From assembly GCA_977862235.1 (NCBI GenBank), contig OZ374557.1:2294001-2358000 (forward strand): a DNA stretch of 64,000 bases, given 5' to 3'. Position 1 is the first letter of the stretch; each line of letters starts with the position of its first letter. The DNA is from Dudresnaya verticillata (lineage: Eukaryota). The notes beneath the pieces are model-generated. The model was not told where the DNA came from and made no database searches. It saw nothing but the letters and a program-made list of their open reading frames with translations. The translations under genes and the position numbers were made by a program. Shown here piece after piece: positions 25,499 to 38,878 of this stretch.

Positions 25499-26115
25499 TT
25501 ACACATCTGAACCAGGGTCCTCCACCGTCCACTCCTCCGGCACTTCCCACCCTAAAAGAGCCATCACCGCTACAGCCCCTCGCATCACCCCCTCTCCAAC
25601 CAGGCCAGCCCTCTCAATCATGTTTTGAGCCCACCCCATCATCTGGACCCGGAGCCAGACAGTTGTGTCCAGCTCCTCCGCAGCCAGCGCGCGAGCCTCG
25701 TGCACCTCAGCGCACAGGGCACGGACCTCTTCAACCAGCACCAGCGGGGCTGGGTCGGTCGGTAGCATTCTGGCTGTGTATCGCCGACCCCCGGCCTCGG
25801 TCAGCTTCCTTTTGTTCAGACGCATGTCACTCCATGTTGGTAGCGGCCCTGAAAATGATCTCGATAGAGATGTAACTCTCAGGTTTTGTGTTATGAAGTT
25901 ACGCAATTACCTGCAGGGCTGATGTAGTTGATGTAGTGCACGTCAAAGAAACAGTAACCACCTAATTCAGGACTGCAAGTCCTACAAGACAGCCTCGCAC
26001 ATTGACTGAGGTCGACATCCACTCGTTCGCGCGTTAGCTTCGCCAATGCAGCAGTAATAGGCGACACATGACTCTCGCATGACGCTGCTTCGAGCGATCG
26101 CTGTAACCACTTCAA
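25499..26115 (-). other. Possible degraded ORF of unknown function
   Basis: Adjacent ORFs 25891-26115 (Cys/His-rich) and 25499-25906 with protein-like composition; no recognisable motif. Confidence 0.25.
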
Positions 26116-26149
26116 TCATCAACTGAATCCTTCCTGAACAAGCCGACGA

Positions 26150-26935
26150 TTTGCAGGAAGCACGACGGGGTTTGTGCACGTGTTGACAGGGTCGGACCCA
26201 GAGCAAGTTCGGCTAATGTCAGAGGTGGTCGTCCTCACTGATCTACAGGACAGAGTTGTTGGTAGCATGTCGAAGAAGGAGTCCCATCTGCAGGTGCACA
26301 CACACCATGGTTTCAAAAAACCTGCCGCTGCATCGTGCTTTCTCGGTGATTTTGTTCGATACCAAGGGGCGCATGCTTCTCCAATAACGTGCAGCGAAGA
26401 AAATCACCTTCCTGTCGTTCTGGACGAAAACCGTATGCGCCCATCCGCTCCACACGCCTGCTGAGCTTGGTCGGCAGGACAGTGGAGATGCGCTTGGAGG
26501 GGTCATGCGTGTTGCCATTCGCAAGCTGTCTCATGAGCTAGCTCGGTGACAAAGGGGGAGAGGTCGGTATGGACGACCTGCAATACATGACTCGCATTCA
26601 TTACCGTAGTGAAAATGACGGAGGGGTGTGGGGTGAGCATGAGATTTATTACGTGTTCATGGGCGTGAAGGACGTAGCGCTATAGCGATATTGCTCCTGA
26701 ACCAAACGACGTACGAGCAGTACGCTATGTTACTCGAGAAGAATTGAAGGGGCTTTTCAAGGAGGCGCAGATCTCCTCGACTCTTCGTCTTACGCCTTGG
26801 TTCTACCACATTGTTGAGGGTTTGACCTGGTCTTGGTGGGACAAGATGCTGAAGGAGGGTATAAATGCACTCGATACCTTGCAAGCTTCAAGAGCTGTAC
26901 ATCGCATGGGAACATGCGGTAAGCACTACTCATAA
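26150..26935 (+). pseudogene. IDI1: Isopentenyl-diphosphate delta-isomerase type 1 (frameshifted)
   Basis: DPEQVRLM, SKKESHL, LLHRAFSV, LLQ*RAAKKITF, CAHPL, RKLSHEL, WGEHEI and LTPWF spread across several frames. Confidence 0.92.
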
Positions 26936-27041
26936 TAGCAAACTTCTCGCGGTCAATGCAGCGTAATCGCAGCCGCTAGAACAATAAATGAGGTGGTGCA
27001 CATATGCTCAGAACGTCTTGCCGGCACATCAACTACCGAAT

Positions 27042-28250
27042 TTACAACCCTTTGTTCCTGCCAAAACCCGCTATAGTGGATGCTGGTCGGGTGTTCCTCA
27101 GCTGTGCAAGTAGATCTCCGATATTAGTCTTCCAAATGTTGATGCGCTCAGGCAGCGGCTGCCACTCTTCTCGCGTAAACATACGCTGCGTTGATCGATA
27201 AATCGCGACCGACGAATTCAGCTGCTTAATCATCGCATCCTCCAGACCTGAGCTGATCGCACAGGTAACCCAATCCTCGACCTCGCCCTCGGAAATTTGC
27301 AGAGCAGTCGCAGTCATACTGTATGCGAGATCCTGACAGTCTATTCCAAGTGAAGCAAATGTGAGCAGGCTCATCTTGTTTTCCGCAATCACCACGTCAA
27401 TCTCGTACTTTGCAAGAAGAGCATCATTCCTGCTTCTGAACTCCGTGAAAACAGCAAGATCGTCGCGGACAAAGATGATAATGAGCTCGAACAATAGTTT
27501 TGGTCGCCGTCCTGCGCTCCGAATCGCTTAACTGAATCTAGTTCAAGCAAGGTGTCAAATCGATACAACTTCGGGAGTAGAACAGCCTGGACAATTACAT
27601 CTACATCAGCATCTTCAACGGGCCGATAATCTTCATCCGTATCACTGCAATACAAACCAAGCTGCTTAATGTTGAAAGAAAATGCGTCCTTAGCCATGTC
27701 TGCCAACTTGAGAGCCTCATATCACACCCGATACATATTTGCGCTTCTCTGGGACACCAACCTGCAACTGGCGTGAGAAAGTATCGATTTTCGGCAGAAT
27801 GGTGTCGACAGTCTTCGGCATTAGCCCAACACTGACCGCCAAGGAAATTGTAGCTCCAAGGAGCGAGCACCGCTTTTGCACGTGCTCTTCGTTGACAGAG
27901 TAACTCTGTTGTAAATCAAAGCCATGCAACGCAGTCTGAAATTACCGCTGGAGACGCCTGAGCAGAGCCGTTTGCAAATCTTGTCCACAAGATCATTGTC
28001 CATAGAGCACTCCTTCTTGACCCAGAGCAGAAGCTCCTGCATACAGCCTTCAAGCGACCCTAGGCCGTCGGAATCAACCGCCAGACCCGTTGCGACGATG
28101 AACGCGTCTCCAAGGGCCTTGGTTTCACCTGGGGAGTCGCTGTTTGCCACGGCAGATTCAACATTCTGCGTTAGGCAATCATTGGTGAAGGTGGTGGCGG
28201 TGAAGGAGTTCCGGAACGACCACCGTTCCCCCGGGCAAGTTTTTCTATGC
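27042..28250 (-). pseudogene. EIF3M: Eukaryotic translation initiation factor 3 subunit M (PCI domain), frameshifted and 5'-truncated
   Basis: YRFDTLLELDSVK, KMSLLTFASL, ALQISEGEVEDWV..AI, STQRMFTREEW...W. Confidence 0.85.
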
Positions 28251-28257
28251 GTACAGT

Positions 28258-30470
28258 TTGAACATATCTTTCGCCCTGCCCTCTGCGAGGTATCAACATT
28301 TCTCTCAAGGAATGACATTGCTCACGGGTATGTTCTTCTTAACGCTCACTATCCTCTATGTAATACGGTTGTTGAGACAAGGGCGCAGAAATATCACGCA
28401 TGAGCAGGTTTGGGTCTTCTTCCTCGATGTTATGGCATTACTCTACTTCAACCCTCTTCATGCCATCAACCGTTTCATAGAAACAAATGGTGGCGAAAGG
28501 ACATTGAATTACAGTACCTTCCCGGATTGGTATAACAATTGGGATGTGGCCAGTGATGTGTTGCGTGATGTGGCCTTTGCGGGATTCTCTTCCTTCTACC
28601 TTTGGGCAAGCCTGCACTCTTACCGCATTCTGGAGGCCACTAAGAGATTGGGCTGGGGCTTCTATATCCCAAAGTTGCTCGTGCTTATCCCGTACGTTGT
28701 CTCCAAGTTTGTGATTGTGTACGTGTTGGACATGACCCTGTCTGAAGTGTCTATGCTCTCAGCTGCTGCTTTCTCGTTCTACTTCAGCGCGTATCACGTG
28801 TGGAGCCATTTGAAGGTAGAGCTCCTCCTCTGTATCCCGTTTTCAGTCATTGAATTGCTGTTCATCGCAATTATTGGGTATGAGGCATGGAAGACAACCA
28901 ATGTGTTGGAGAAGGCACCATACATGAAGCATCGGTGCAAACGGGTTGGATTCAGGTTTTTCTTGTATACCAAATTTGTTTTCTACCCTTTGTTTATTGG
29001 TCTGAACACTCGTCTGCTGTTCAGCAGACCGAAAGGTGAAAGTATCATTCTTCTGGTTATTGGCTTCAACATGGCGAGGGCAGATGTGACATGGATTTAT
29101 ACGCACAGCCCGGGGCTTTTGGTGCTGGGTTATGTCATTGTGACTACTTATGTTAATCTGCCCCATAATTGTACCGGGGGTGTGAAAGCGTTTTTTCAGA
29201 AGCGTAGAACTGGGCGAATCTGGGTCTCGATGGTCATTCAGCATTTCAGACTCATCATCGAGTCAGCAAGCTTCGATGAACGGCCTCAAGTACCCGTTGC
29301 CTGAAAAAGACGTCACATGGGCCAATGATGAAGAAACCCCCCGCTCTGTTGTTGACAATGATGACGAATTGGAACAACAAATCGTTGAACCGATTACGTA
29401 TAGAAAGAGAGAGTCGAAGGACAGTCTTGAGCTGAAAGCAAACTGCTTTACGATGCAGACGAACGTCATTATGTTCAACTTTGCATGGGTATGTCTATTA
29501 TTATGGGACTGCAAAGTTTGACGGCTTCATTCCTAGAGAAAACCCGTTGCCATTTGAATATGAGATCGTTGCTGCTGTGAGAAGCGAGGCAACAGATACT
29601 CAAGCACGTGTTGTTGATTGCAGTGACAGGGTCATTGAGACGTTAAAGGGAACAACGTCAATGCGAAACTCGAATACATCATTACGGATGAGCCATGAAT
29701 ATATTCGTAACGTGGTGAAGTCAAGTGTCTATGGTGAAGATGAGACGACTCGATTGAAGCGATTATTCGGCAGAAGATATCTACACGGTAAGATTCACAA
29801 GCGATTTGCGATTGCCTATAAGAGTGTTGCAGATGAAGTGATGGAAGTGGTGCGGCAATTAAGAGCAAGAAGGTAAAGACCTATATTCTTGACCGGATAC
29901 AGTCTAGGAGGTGCACTCGGAACAATCTGCAGCCTGGATCTATGGGTGAAGTTGGATGTGAGCCGACGTGAAATTTTCGTGTCCACGTCTGGATCACCTC
30001 GAGTCGGGAATCACGACTTTGCAGGAGTGTACAAAGAAGTGGTGCCTCTGCACTGGCGCATAGTTGTGGATCCAGACATGGTTGCCAATTTACCAAACGT
30101 GGGGTACACTCATGTCGGGAAGAAGGTGGTGCTGACTCCACACGGAGAGATGATTATCGAACCCAACGCAGTGGAACAGCGGCCATGGACAGGTGAGACG
30201 GCCGGTTTTGCATATCACCGCAAGGCGAGCTACATGCTTGCAATGCGGGCATGGTGCGTAAGAAATCACGGGATGACATACACGCCCGTATTCTGGCCGT
30301 TCCCGGTGCGACCCGAGGACAAGCGGCAGTTCGCTGGGGCGGTCCCAGAGGAGGAAGATGCGGCTAGGCGCAGGGTGGCTTCTAAGATCATTCGCATGGA
30401 CGCGATGGTGGATGCACCTAGCGCAGGGGACACGGAACTGGCGAATATGAATACAGCAGCACAGAAATGA
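28258..30470 (+). pseudogene. Multi-pass membrane protein with a C-terminal class-3 lipase domain (frameshifted)
   Basis: Hydrophobic helices with HEQVWVFFL..LLYFNP, then KGTTS, HKRF, TGYSLGGALGT, GSPRVGN, WRIVVDPDMV..LP, YTHVG. Confidence 0.85.
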
Positions 30471-31330
30471 AACAGAAACAGCCTCTAGTCCCGCGCTTGT
30501 AATAAACGTTAGGCAAGCTGTAGTAGAGGAGTCCCAAATGCACCCCCAGATCACGCAGTCAGCTTTGCTCGCGATGTGAAGACTTCGAGCCTGTTATGTG
30601 CAGCATTCTCGTTATGTATTGTGTAGCACAGCAGTGAACGTGAGTGATGCAAGCGCTCGAGGTCTCCTGGTCTACAAGTCAGAACTCAGGTGCCCCAGGG
30701 TATTGTTGGACAATAATAGAGCTCTCCCATTCGCTGCCGATTCTGAGACTCCCACCCGGAAGTGCGGGTGGTGCAGGGATCCCGAGTCACTCATCGCTGT
30801 GATTCCAATTCAAGGGTATGGAACCCGGCACTCAGATGATGCTTTCGCTATAGCTATGTATTAAAATACACCGGTAATACTAGTACAAGGTCCGAATCGT
30901 GGTGAACCGTGCACGGTGCACATGGACAGCGCATAATATCACCAGTCGTTCTGATTCCACATCACGAGCAGAATACTTGCCATAAATCGGTGACCGACTG
31001 CCTGCAGCCCACACATGTTCCGAAAGCATTCCGGGGGACCAGACAATATTGTAATTAGGGGACGAAGAAACGCCTCCTTTGAGTGGGTCAGATGCCTAAC
31101 GATAGGTAGACCGTTGCTCACTCACTGGTGATTCCGTTTCGCATATGCACACAGAACAGCATAGGAGGTTATCTGGCGAGGTTTCAGCACGTGACACCAC
31201 TCCGGCGCCCACTGCGTTCTCTTCCCGATATTCTTGTTCCACCGCACTGCGCTGACCGCCACCAAAGGCCGCTTTTGACCCCCCACCCTTTCTTTTCTCA
31301 CGATCGTGCGACGCGTACTCAAAAGCGCTA

Positions 31331-33784
31331 TTGACGGCACTGATCCCAGCGAGACAAGACAATACTCCCGTCGACACTACAGCAGAAGAATGTGCGGGAG
31401 GTCGTGATCACGCTTCTGAAGAAGAGCATCCTGACGTCGGAACTGCAGACGATGGGGAGGATGCTGATTCCGACACGCCGGAACGGCACCCCTCCGAAGG
31501 GGAGGAGATGGCAGTAGAAGGGCGTGGAGACGGCCAGGCTAGTGCTAGGACGAGCCGGAAGAGGAATTATAGACATGATGCTCGTCCGAAAGGAACCCCA
31601 TCGGGGCATTTGATGGCTGTGAAGAGGAGAAAGGTAGTGGAGGTGATGGAGATGCAGGATATCTCAAACATTTTCTGCTGCCAAACGAAACAATGCTTCG
31701 GAACCATCGAGTCAGTCTACATCAGGGTTGAGTCACGCAATATGATGGACAAGAATCGCGCGGAAAGGAAGCGATACCTCACGGGACTACTGGAACCCAA
31801 CTCCAACATGTACTTCTTCAGCGGACGGCCGGTTTGTTACTCATTTCTCGACAAGGCTTTCGGTTTCTCTAGAGACCTGCAGTCGGCAGTGAAAGGAACA
31901 AACAAGAGCCGCGAAAGAAAAGGGAGGGGGCTGATAGTTGGTGGTACGTCTACGGAACAGATGGAGGTGATAACGTCGTTCTTGGAGCGCCTCGCAGAAG
32001 TGTCTGGTGATTCGCAACCAGACAAGGCTGAAATCCACATCCCCTTCTATGAGAAGCTCTCAGTCTATAACACGTTTGTGACTGAGCACCGCACTCTGTA
32101 CCCTAACAGAGCAACACCATCATAGAGCTACTTTTATAGTATCTGGCTCCGCAGCTGTCCGCAAATTAAGGTCAGGCGAACTCACCGGTTTGCAAAATGC
32201 TCCGAGTGCGAGGAGATCAAAGATCTTCTCGCAAAAGCGGCAACGGATCTAGCGGGAACCGAAGCGCTTCGCGAGCGGTGGGCAGGGCACGTGAGAATGG
32301 TCATGCAGGAGCGAACAGAATATCGGAAGAAGTGTGAGATGGCTTCGATGTATCCGAACAACTATTGCTCACTCATCATCGACGGTGCTGACCAGTCCGC
32401 ATTTGGACTGCCACACTTCCACATCAAGGTGAAGGACACACGCGGACACGGAATGAAGGCCAAAGTAATCGGCGTTTTACAGCATGGCCAAGTCCCACAT
32501 CTAAACCTTTTCACGATGACTGCCGAGTTCGAAACAGGCGCAAACCATGTCATCGAAGCTTTGCATCGCGTATTGATGGCACGCAGAGACAGGATGCCAC
32601 TGAAGGGTACGTTGTTCCTCCAGGTCGACAACTGTACTAGGGAAAATATGAACAGGTTTATGTTCGGCTACTTGGAGTATCTCGTTGCTATGGGTGTATT
32701 TCCGGAAGTGCATGCGTCGTTTCTCCCCATCGGTCACACGCATGCCGATATCGATCAAGTGTTCAGCTGCACTTCGAAGAGATTACGCGTTCGAGACGCC
32801 ATTATCATGGACGACCTCATGCACGAACTACGGCAATCATACACTCCTCAACCGCGTGTCACGGAGATATTGCACATTATTAATTTCTCCGGGTTGTGCA
32901 AAGAGACCAGATGCCTCGGGCGTACCGGGCCCATTTCAGAATATCGATACTTTAGGTTCAGTGCCGAAGGAGCTAAGGACACAGACGCCGGTACGTTCAC
33001 GACTCTCTGCGAAGCGAAGAGGGGCTGCAAAGACTCTTGGAAACCGTTACATACGCGAGATGGCCAGGGCGATTTTTGTTATTTCCCCCAACTTGCACCG
33101 GACTCCACCGACTCCCTGTCGAGCACCGCCAGATGAACACGAAGTAACCAAGCGTCTACGATCCGCCGAGACCAGAATCAACAATCACAGTAAGCTACAG
33201 AAGCTATTGACACTTCGTGATAGAGTTTACGAGGACCGTGAAGACCCATTCCACTGGGCATTGGCGGATGTGTTTGAGTTGGAAGGGGCTTACAAACCGG
33301 ATGGGAGCGGCCCTAGCGCACCCTCGGAATCGGGGTCAGATGCTGAGAATGTAGTGGAACAGGACCTCACTTACACAAAGAACAGCTTTGTAGCCGTACT
33401 AGCCGACGATTGTACCGAAGGTTGCCCGTTCTGGCTTGGGCAGGTGATGAATTGAGAGACGGACGGGGGGGCAAGGTGACCAATTTTCAAGTAGAGTGGT
33501 ACGATAGAAGGAGTACTCGAGGGAATACTTTCACCGGGCGTTATCGGAAGGCGAGAATAACCGATGCAAATGGACATGTCAAACCGTGGAGCGATACGGT
33601 CCCGGGGAAGTCGGTTTTAGTGGAGTTCGCGCGTTTAACCAACTCTGGAATACCCGTCACGGTGCAGCGAAAGATCAGGGAAGCCCTAGAGATGCAAAAG
33701 AGAGGAGACGATCCGGAAATTAGTACTTCTGTAGAGGCGGGGGACCAGGAGCAAATGACATGGAAAGCAACTAGCCTCGAGTGA
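31331..33784 (+). pseudogene. Sola-like (DUF7869-type) DDD DNA transposase with one in-frame stop and frameshifts
   Basis: CC..QC and VC Cys motifs, RFAKCSEC, LIIDGADQ, LFLQVDNCTREN, FLPIGHTHADIDQVFS, and C-terminal FVAV..PFWLG..VEWY. TAG at 32123-32125. Confidence 0.75.
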
Positions 33785-34777
33785 GACGGAGGTGAAGCCG
33801 AAACAAGCGTCAAAGGGGTGTCAATATTCTGGGTGCAGAAATGGGAAAGAGTTAGAGTGAAAGCATGTAACGCTATGGAACAGAGCGTGCACGCTGCGTC
33901 ATGAGGCAGCATCGTTGCTGGGTAAATCGGATTACTTTTAGAATAGCAGTCGTGAGATAAACACCTTCAATGCCTGCAGCATGCAAATGAAGTAAGCGAA
34001 ACAGAACCACTGGTCTCTCTTCTGCATTGGTACAGTATGAAATTTTGGCTGACCACATGAGAACGGTAGCGTGCTAGCGAGTAGCTACTCGGGGTATCGC
34101 AGAATGGATGCGATTGTCTTCACTACTAATAAAAGGAGATTGAGGAATTGCGCCAGTGCTTTCGTGCACAGCATAAGGTGTGCAATGAGTCTATACGTCA
34201 CGAACGGGCAACGTCAGCTTGCGGTGTTCGACTGAAATAACCTTGATGCTCATGTCGTCTCGGGGCTCAGTGTGAGGGTTTCCAAACGAAGGAGGTTCAA
34301 CCTCCTCATCAACACGCCTGCTCAACATATTCTTGTGACAAGCAACTCACATGACACCTGAAGCCCACCAGGAAAGAAACCTCCATCTGCTGCCGTGTCG
34401 CCCAGATCGAAGTATGTCTGGCGTTGCCACCTGTGGTTACAATTGGGATTTAACATTATCGTTTCCAAACAGTGAATACATGCCACATCTCGAGATAGAC
34501 GGTCCCATCGTGAGCTTGAAATGGTGCGGACGCGTATCATCTCGACTTTGTAATCGCAAGGAGCTCTTTTTAGAAAGCTACCCACGCTGCACTGCAGCTT
34601 TTTCGTGAAATGGAAAGTTCATCTTTGGATTTGCAAGTCCACCACAGCGGTTTAGTTCTCACTACGAATGCATCCGCATGCGGATGCTATCCCTACTAGC
34701 GTCCATACTCCATCCGCTGCACTCTTTATCATGAACTATTTTAAGGAGCACTTACATGTTGGACAGAGACATCATTT

Positions 34778-36818
34778 CTAGGCGTAGGAAGGCATATGCG
34801 GCAGCATCCATGGGTCTACGTCTGGAGAGTCCGAATCGAAAATTTCTTGGCCTCTTTCCCGGAATGTAGCGACGTAAACTTGCTCAACCGTTGTCTTAGC
34901 TTGCAAGACATTGACTCGCTCCGAACCGTAGCGATTTTGTAACAGTTGAACGTCATCATCTTCCTGCTCGTCTTCCATCACGAAGATGTCCATAACGAAC
35001 GCTACCATGTAGTTGGATATCCAATTGTATATAAAATCATGCTGCTAACAGCAACACGTGAATGCACGATAAAGGTAAGCAAGACGAACCACTTGGTCCA
35101 GTTCCCATAACTCGACGCTGATGCAATCGCTTCTGCGCTTCTGCAATTTCTGTAAGAGATGCAACGATGACGGAAGAAAATAATGTGTACCATCCTGATC
35201 CCATACCGTGTAAATCAACGGTATGTTTAGTTAAGTTAAGATGAGTGGCCAGTAGTCGTTGTCAACATACCCGTCCAAGATTTGATTGGTTTTAGGACTC
35301 AGTGTCGGATTCGACGCATAGATCAGACCACCAAGTAGCTCAACTCCAGCGGCCGCGAAGACGTACATCAAACCTAGACTGGCAGCGCTCATAATCATTT
35401 CCAGCATATAGAGAGCGGAGAACCCACAGTCGAGAACAACAAAACCAACTGGATTCCTTGAGAGTCCTTGTTCCGCAGATCCATTGTCGTCTCAATCACG
35501 ACGACAATGAGATTGACGGCCATGACAACGCACATATGATATGTATGGGCATTATGACGCGCATAAGAAGCAATAGACTGCCACCACGATGCTTCATATA
35601 GTTCCGGGCAAACATTTCCATCGGATAGATTCTCTCGAGCGCAATGATGAGCTTGAGTTGAAGCACGTCGACTACGTCCGAAAACTCCTTACGACTAAGG
35701 CTGTTGTCCTGATTGCCACCCAGGGCTGTAAAGACCAGATCCACTCGCTCATCATCCATGTGGCTGTGCTTGTGGTTCTTCCAAAGTTAGTCAAACAGGA
35801 GTTTGATATCTGGGACCATGCAATTTCCATCGTCACCACCCAAGATGTCGTACGCTAACCCATGGTTGCAATACCATTCCTACGCGCTTGTAGCTTATCG
35901 ATAACAAATTCCTCGATATGGCCTGTGTACGCGTTGTATACAACAGCGAGCAAGACATTGAAAAACAGAAAGTCTCTAATGACGATGAACACCAAGAACA
36001 TCAACGCACTTGCCCTCGAGAAATCCAAAACAGCCATGATCTGCATCGGCCAATCCGCAGTTGTTAACGAAGCGAAAGCGGAGCTCCGCTGTCAACTAGT
36101 AGAGCCCAGAGGTGAGGTCGCCAAAGTAGCGATCGAACTCTGGAACATCATGGAACAGAATGGTAACGAGCCAACTGAAGAAGAACGCAAATAGAGCGAC
36201 GACTCTCACGACATCGATGAAAGGGCTTACAACGGAAAGGATTCCCATCGTATACTCACGAAGGGAACCTCAGTGAAACAAGGGCAGAGTTGCACGAATG
36301 TATGGCGCAAACCGGATAGGGGGTTGGCCGGCGTGCATTGCGACGACAAAGAAACCGACCACGAGCAGAGCGAGTATGACTCGCGGAATGCGACGAGAAT
36401 GGAGCTGAGCCGTGGGGAGCAGAACGGCATCGTGGATGACGTAGGAGATAAGGATAGCGAGGAGCGAGGCATAGACAGCGGCGGCGTACATGGGCGGGAG
36501 ATATGGGAGCCCCGAGAGGAAGAGGGAGGAGCCATCGGGTCAGACGAAGACACGGGTGGGAGAGCAATAGTATTGTATTGTAACGCATTAAGTTCAGAGC
36601 TCGAAGAATGGTCTCGTCAACTATCCATGCTCGCAGGGATTGGCGTGATAATGCGGTTACCTCCGCAACCGCGCGCGGCGTACCGCGGAAGAATCGCCCG
36701 GGATTAACGGCATCGTCTGTGTCGTCTCGAGCTTGAAAAGAGAGGAGGTGGTGATGGTAGGAGACGGCGGTAACCACGAGGACGGTGCATGCGGTGAGGT
36801 TGCGGTGCGTGGAGACAT
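34778..36818 (-). pseudogene. TPC1: Two-pore calcium channel (TPC1-like), heavily frameshifted
   Basis: LTTADWP pore, FNVLLAVVYNAY S6, EF-hand-like NQDNSLSRKEF, and second-repeat GGLIYASNP and VAFVMDIF. ATG at 36818. Confidence 0.8.
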
Positions 36819-36849
36819 GCTCCGCAGCAGGCGCGTGCCCAGCAGCCGG

Positions 36850-37150
36850 ATAGCTAATTCAGTGAGACTTCCGCCGGAGCTATTGGCGCATATGGATTTT
36901 TTATAGCTCCCTGTCGCCGACAGATTCGAAAAGCTATTTTCTTAGGTTTCCCATTTCGGCGACAATGGGGGCTATGTAGCTAACGGAATGCCGCGAGTGT
37001 AAATATCTATTTTCTTAGGTATTGTGATTTCGGGAAACACGGGAGCTATGTAGCTCCCGCGGAGGAGGAAATCAAAAAGCTAAGAAAATAGATACTACAT
37101 TTCTCCGGCGCCATTAGCTATTGGCTGATATTCATATTCGTTTATAGCTT
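36850..37150. repeat. AT-rich tract with short direct and inverted repeats
   Basis: CTATTTTCTTAG twice direct and once inverted, GCTATGTAGCT twice, and many AGCT. Confidence 0.6.
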
Positions 37151-37839
37151 TTCACTTTGGTCCTCCTGCGTTTGCTACGTTTCCCGAGACGCCCAGCCGC
37201 ACCGCTCCGAGCCTGACATCATCTGAAAACGCACTGGCATGCCACTCAAGAAAACGCACACCACACAACACCAGTGCCCTTGACAAGGGCAGCACACGAC
37301 TGGAACCCTTTTCACAGCGTAGGTCGAGCCCTCGCCCCCGCGCCGTCCCCACTGCTTCCTCCCTTCGCATCCGGCGTCGTGCTCGGTTTAGCGCTCGCTG
37401 CAGATGATGGCTGCGTGGGCGGTGACGTTGTTCCGCTTGGAGGGTCCGTCGGCGTCGGTGCTTGTGATGTTTGTCGTGTGTAGGCGCCAGGGATTTTCGG
37501 CCGTGCGCGGCCGTGCGCAGCCATAGCCGAAAGAGACGATGGCAATCTGCATAGGACGCTTGTCAGCTGCATACACTACCAGCTGTGATAGCCCAACGCC
37601 TGGATATGAGGGAGGCCCCGCAGCCCTCCGCATGGAACGAGACGAGATGGGAGCGCATAAAGTCCATGGCGGCTGGCCACCGACGATGCGGGTCTGGCCG
37701 GCGCCCGGGGGGCGACGTCTGGCAGGAAGACGGGGCAGTCTGAATAGTTGCGCGCGAGAAGCAGTGACCGTGGAAGCTCGACGGCGCAAACCTGAAGCGG
37801 CGCAGCCAGGAAGACCAGCAGCAAGAGGGGAAGTGTGTT

Positions 37840-38724
37840 GTGGTCCGGGGGCGGGAGCGGCGGCGTCGGACTGAGATTCATGAGGGACGGTGGGTACCGG
37901 ACGAAAGTTGGACTTTGCGCGAAGCTACTCCGCAGTCTGAGAAGTGGAACGCTCTCTCGCAGCGTGATGAAGCCCAACCTACAGTCCCACTAAGATTGGA
38001 GTTGGGATCGTTGCACAAGAGCGCGATCATACTCGGAAAAGGCTTCCCATCACTGAAGCACGAGATGCGGATGGCCCTGGAAAAGCAGGCCTATCTCAAT
38101 GCGTCGGGGTATGACGTGTTCATGTGCCACAGTGGGCTGGACAAGGAGACGATGGCTATGTCTTTGTGGAGGATGCTCCGCGACCGGGGCGTATCAGCAT
38201 TCGTAGACAGGGAAAGTCTCGCAGTTGGCAATGACGCACACGGCTCGATGGATACGGCAATGGAGAAAGCTCGAGTCGGTGTCTTCATTGTGTCGCCCGA
38301 GTTTCCCGCCAAGCTTTGGACGATTTGCGAGCTGATATCAGATATGTGCTTCCAGAAACGCTGCGCGCATGCTGCGAAAGTTCTCGCCCGCGTGCCATCT
38401 ATCGTTCCTGTGTTCTATCGCGCGCATTTGGACTACCTCAGAGATGAGGCAGCGTTGTTTCCAGCCTCTGACGAAGCTGGTGAGAATGTCTCTGTCAAGC
38501 ATGAGTTCTTTGCGCGTGCCGCGAAGGGAGAGACAATCGTTGCTGCTGTGATGGAAAGCATGCGCTTGCTGAAGAAAACAAGTGGCATCGAAAACTTTGA
38601 GAAGGCGACCAATGTGCATGATGCTGAAAGTAGAGGAAAGCGAGAGTTGCTACTGCGACTGGTTGCAGACGATGTGTTACGCGTTGTTGATGAGGTGAGA
38701 GACTTGCAGAAGGTAGCTTCATAG
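37840..38724 (+). CDS. TIR-domain protein (start uncertain)
   Basis: YDVFMCHSG.DK, AFVDRESL..G, VFIVSPEF...WTICEL, IVPVFY. No internal stop. Confidence 0.8.
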   Translation: MVRGRERRRRTEIHEGRWVPDESWTLREATPQSEKWNALSQRDEAQPTVPLRLELGSLHKSAIILGKGFPSLKHEMRMALEKQAYLNASGYDVFMCHSGLDKETMAMSLWRMLRDRGVSAFVDRESLAVGNDAHGSMDTAMEKARVGVFIVSPEFPAKLWTICELISDMCFQKRCAHAAKVLARVPSIVPVFYRAHLDYLRDEAALFPASDEAGENVSVKHEFFARAAKGETIVAAVMESMRLLKKTSGIENFEKATNVHDAESRGKRELLLRLVADDVLRVVDEVRDLQKVAS

Positions 38725-38878
38725 ATGATGAGAATCACCCAATGCACACGGAGGGCATGCAGCCGTTTCATAAACAGTATTATGGTTTTCGGCGAGAGAG
38801 CTTCCAACGATTCAGTGCTCCACTCCGCGCGAAAAATTGATAAACCGCTGGTAGAGACACTGCCCAACTGCAAATGAC

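Noticed and set aside
25039..25875. Multiple overlapping GC-rich ORFs
   Set aside because: Low-complexity Pro/Arg/Ala translations expected from GC-rich DNA. The same applies to most ORFs inside LTRs and to shadow ORFs opposite pol.
30600..34100. Terminal inverted repeats around the transposase
   Set aside because: None found by eye, so the element ends are not called.
33870..34620. Gene fragments between the transposase and TPC
   Set aside because: Short ORFs with no recognisable motif.
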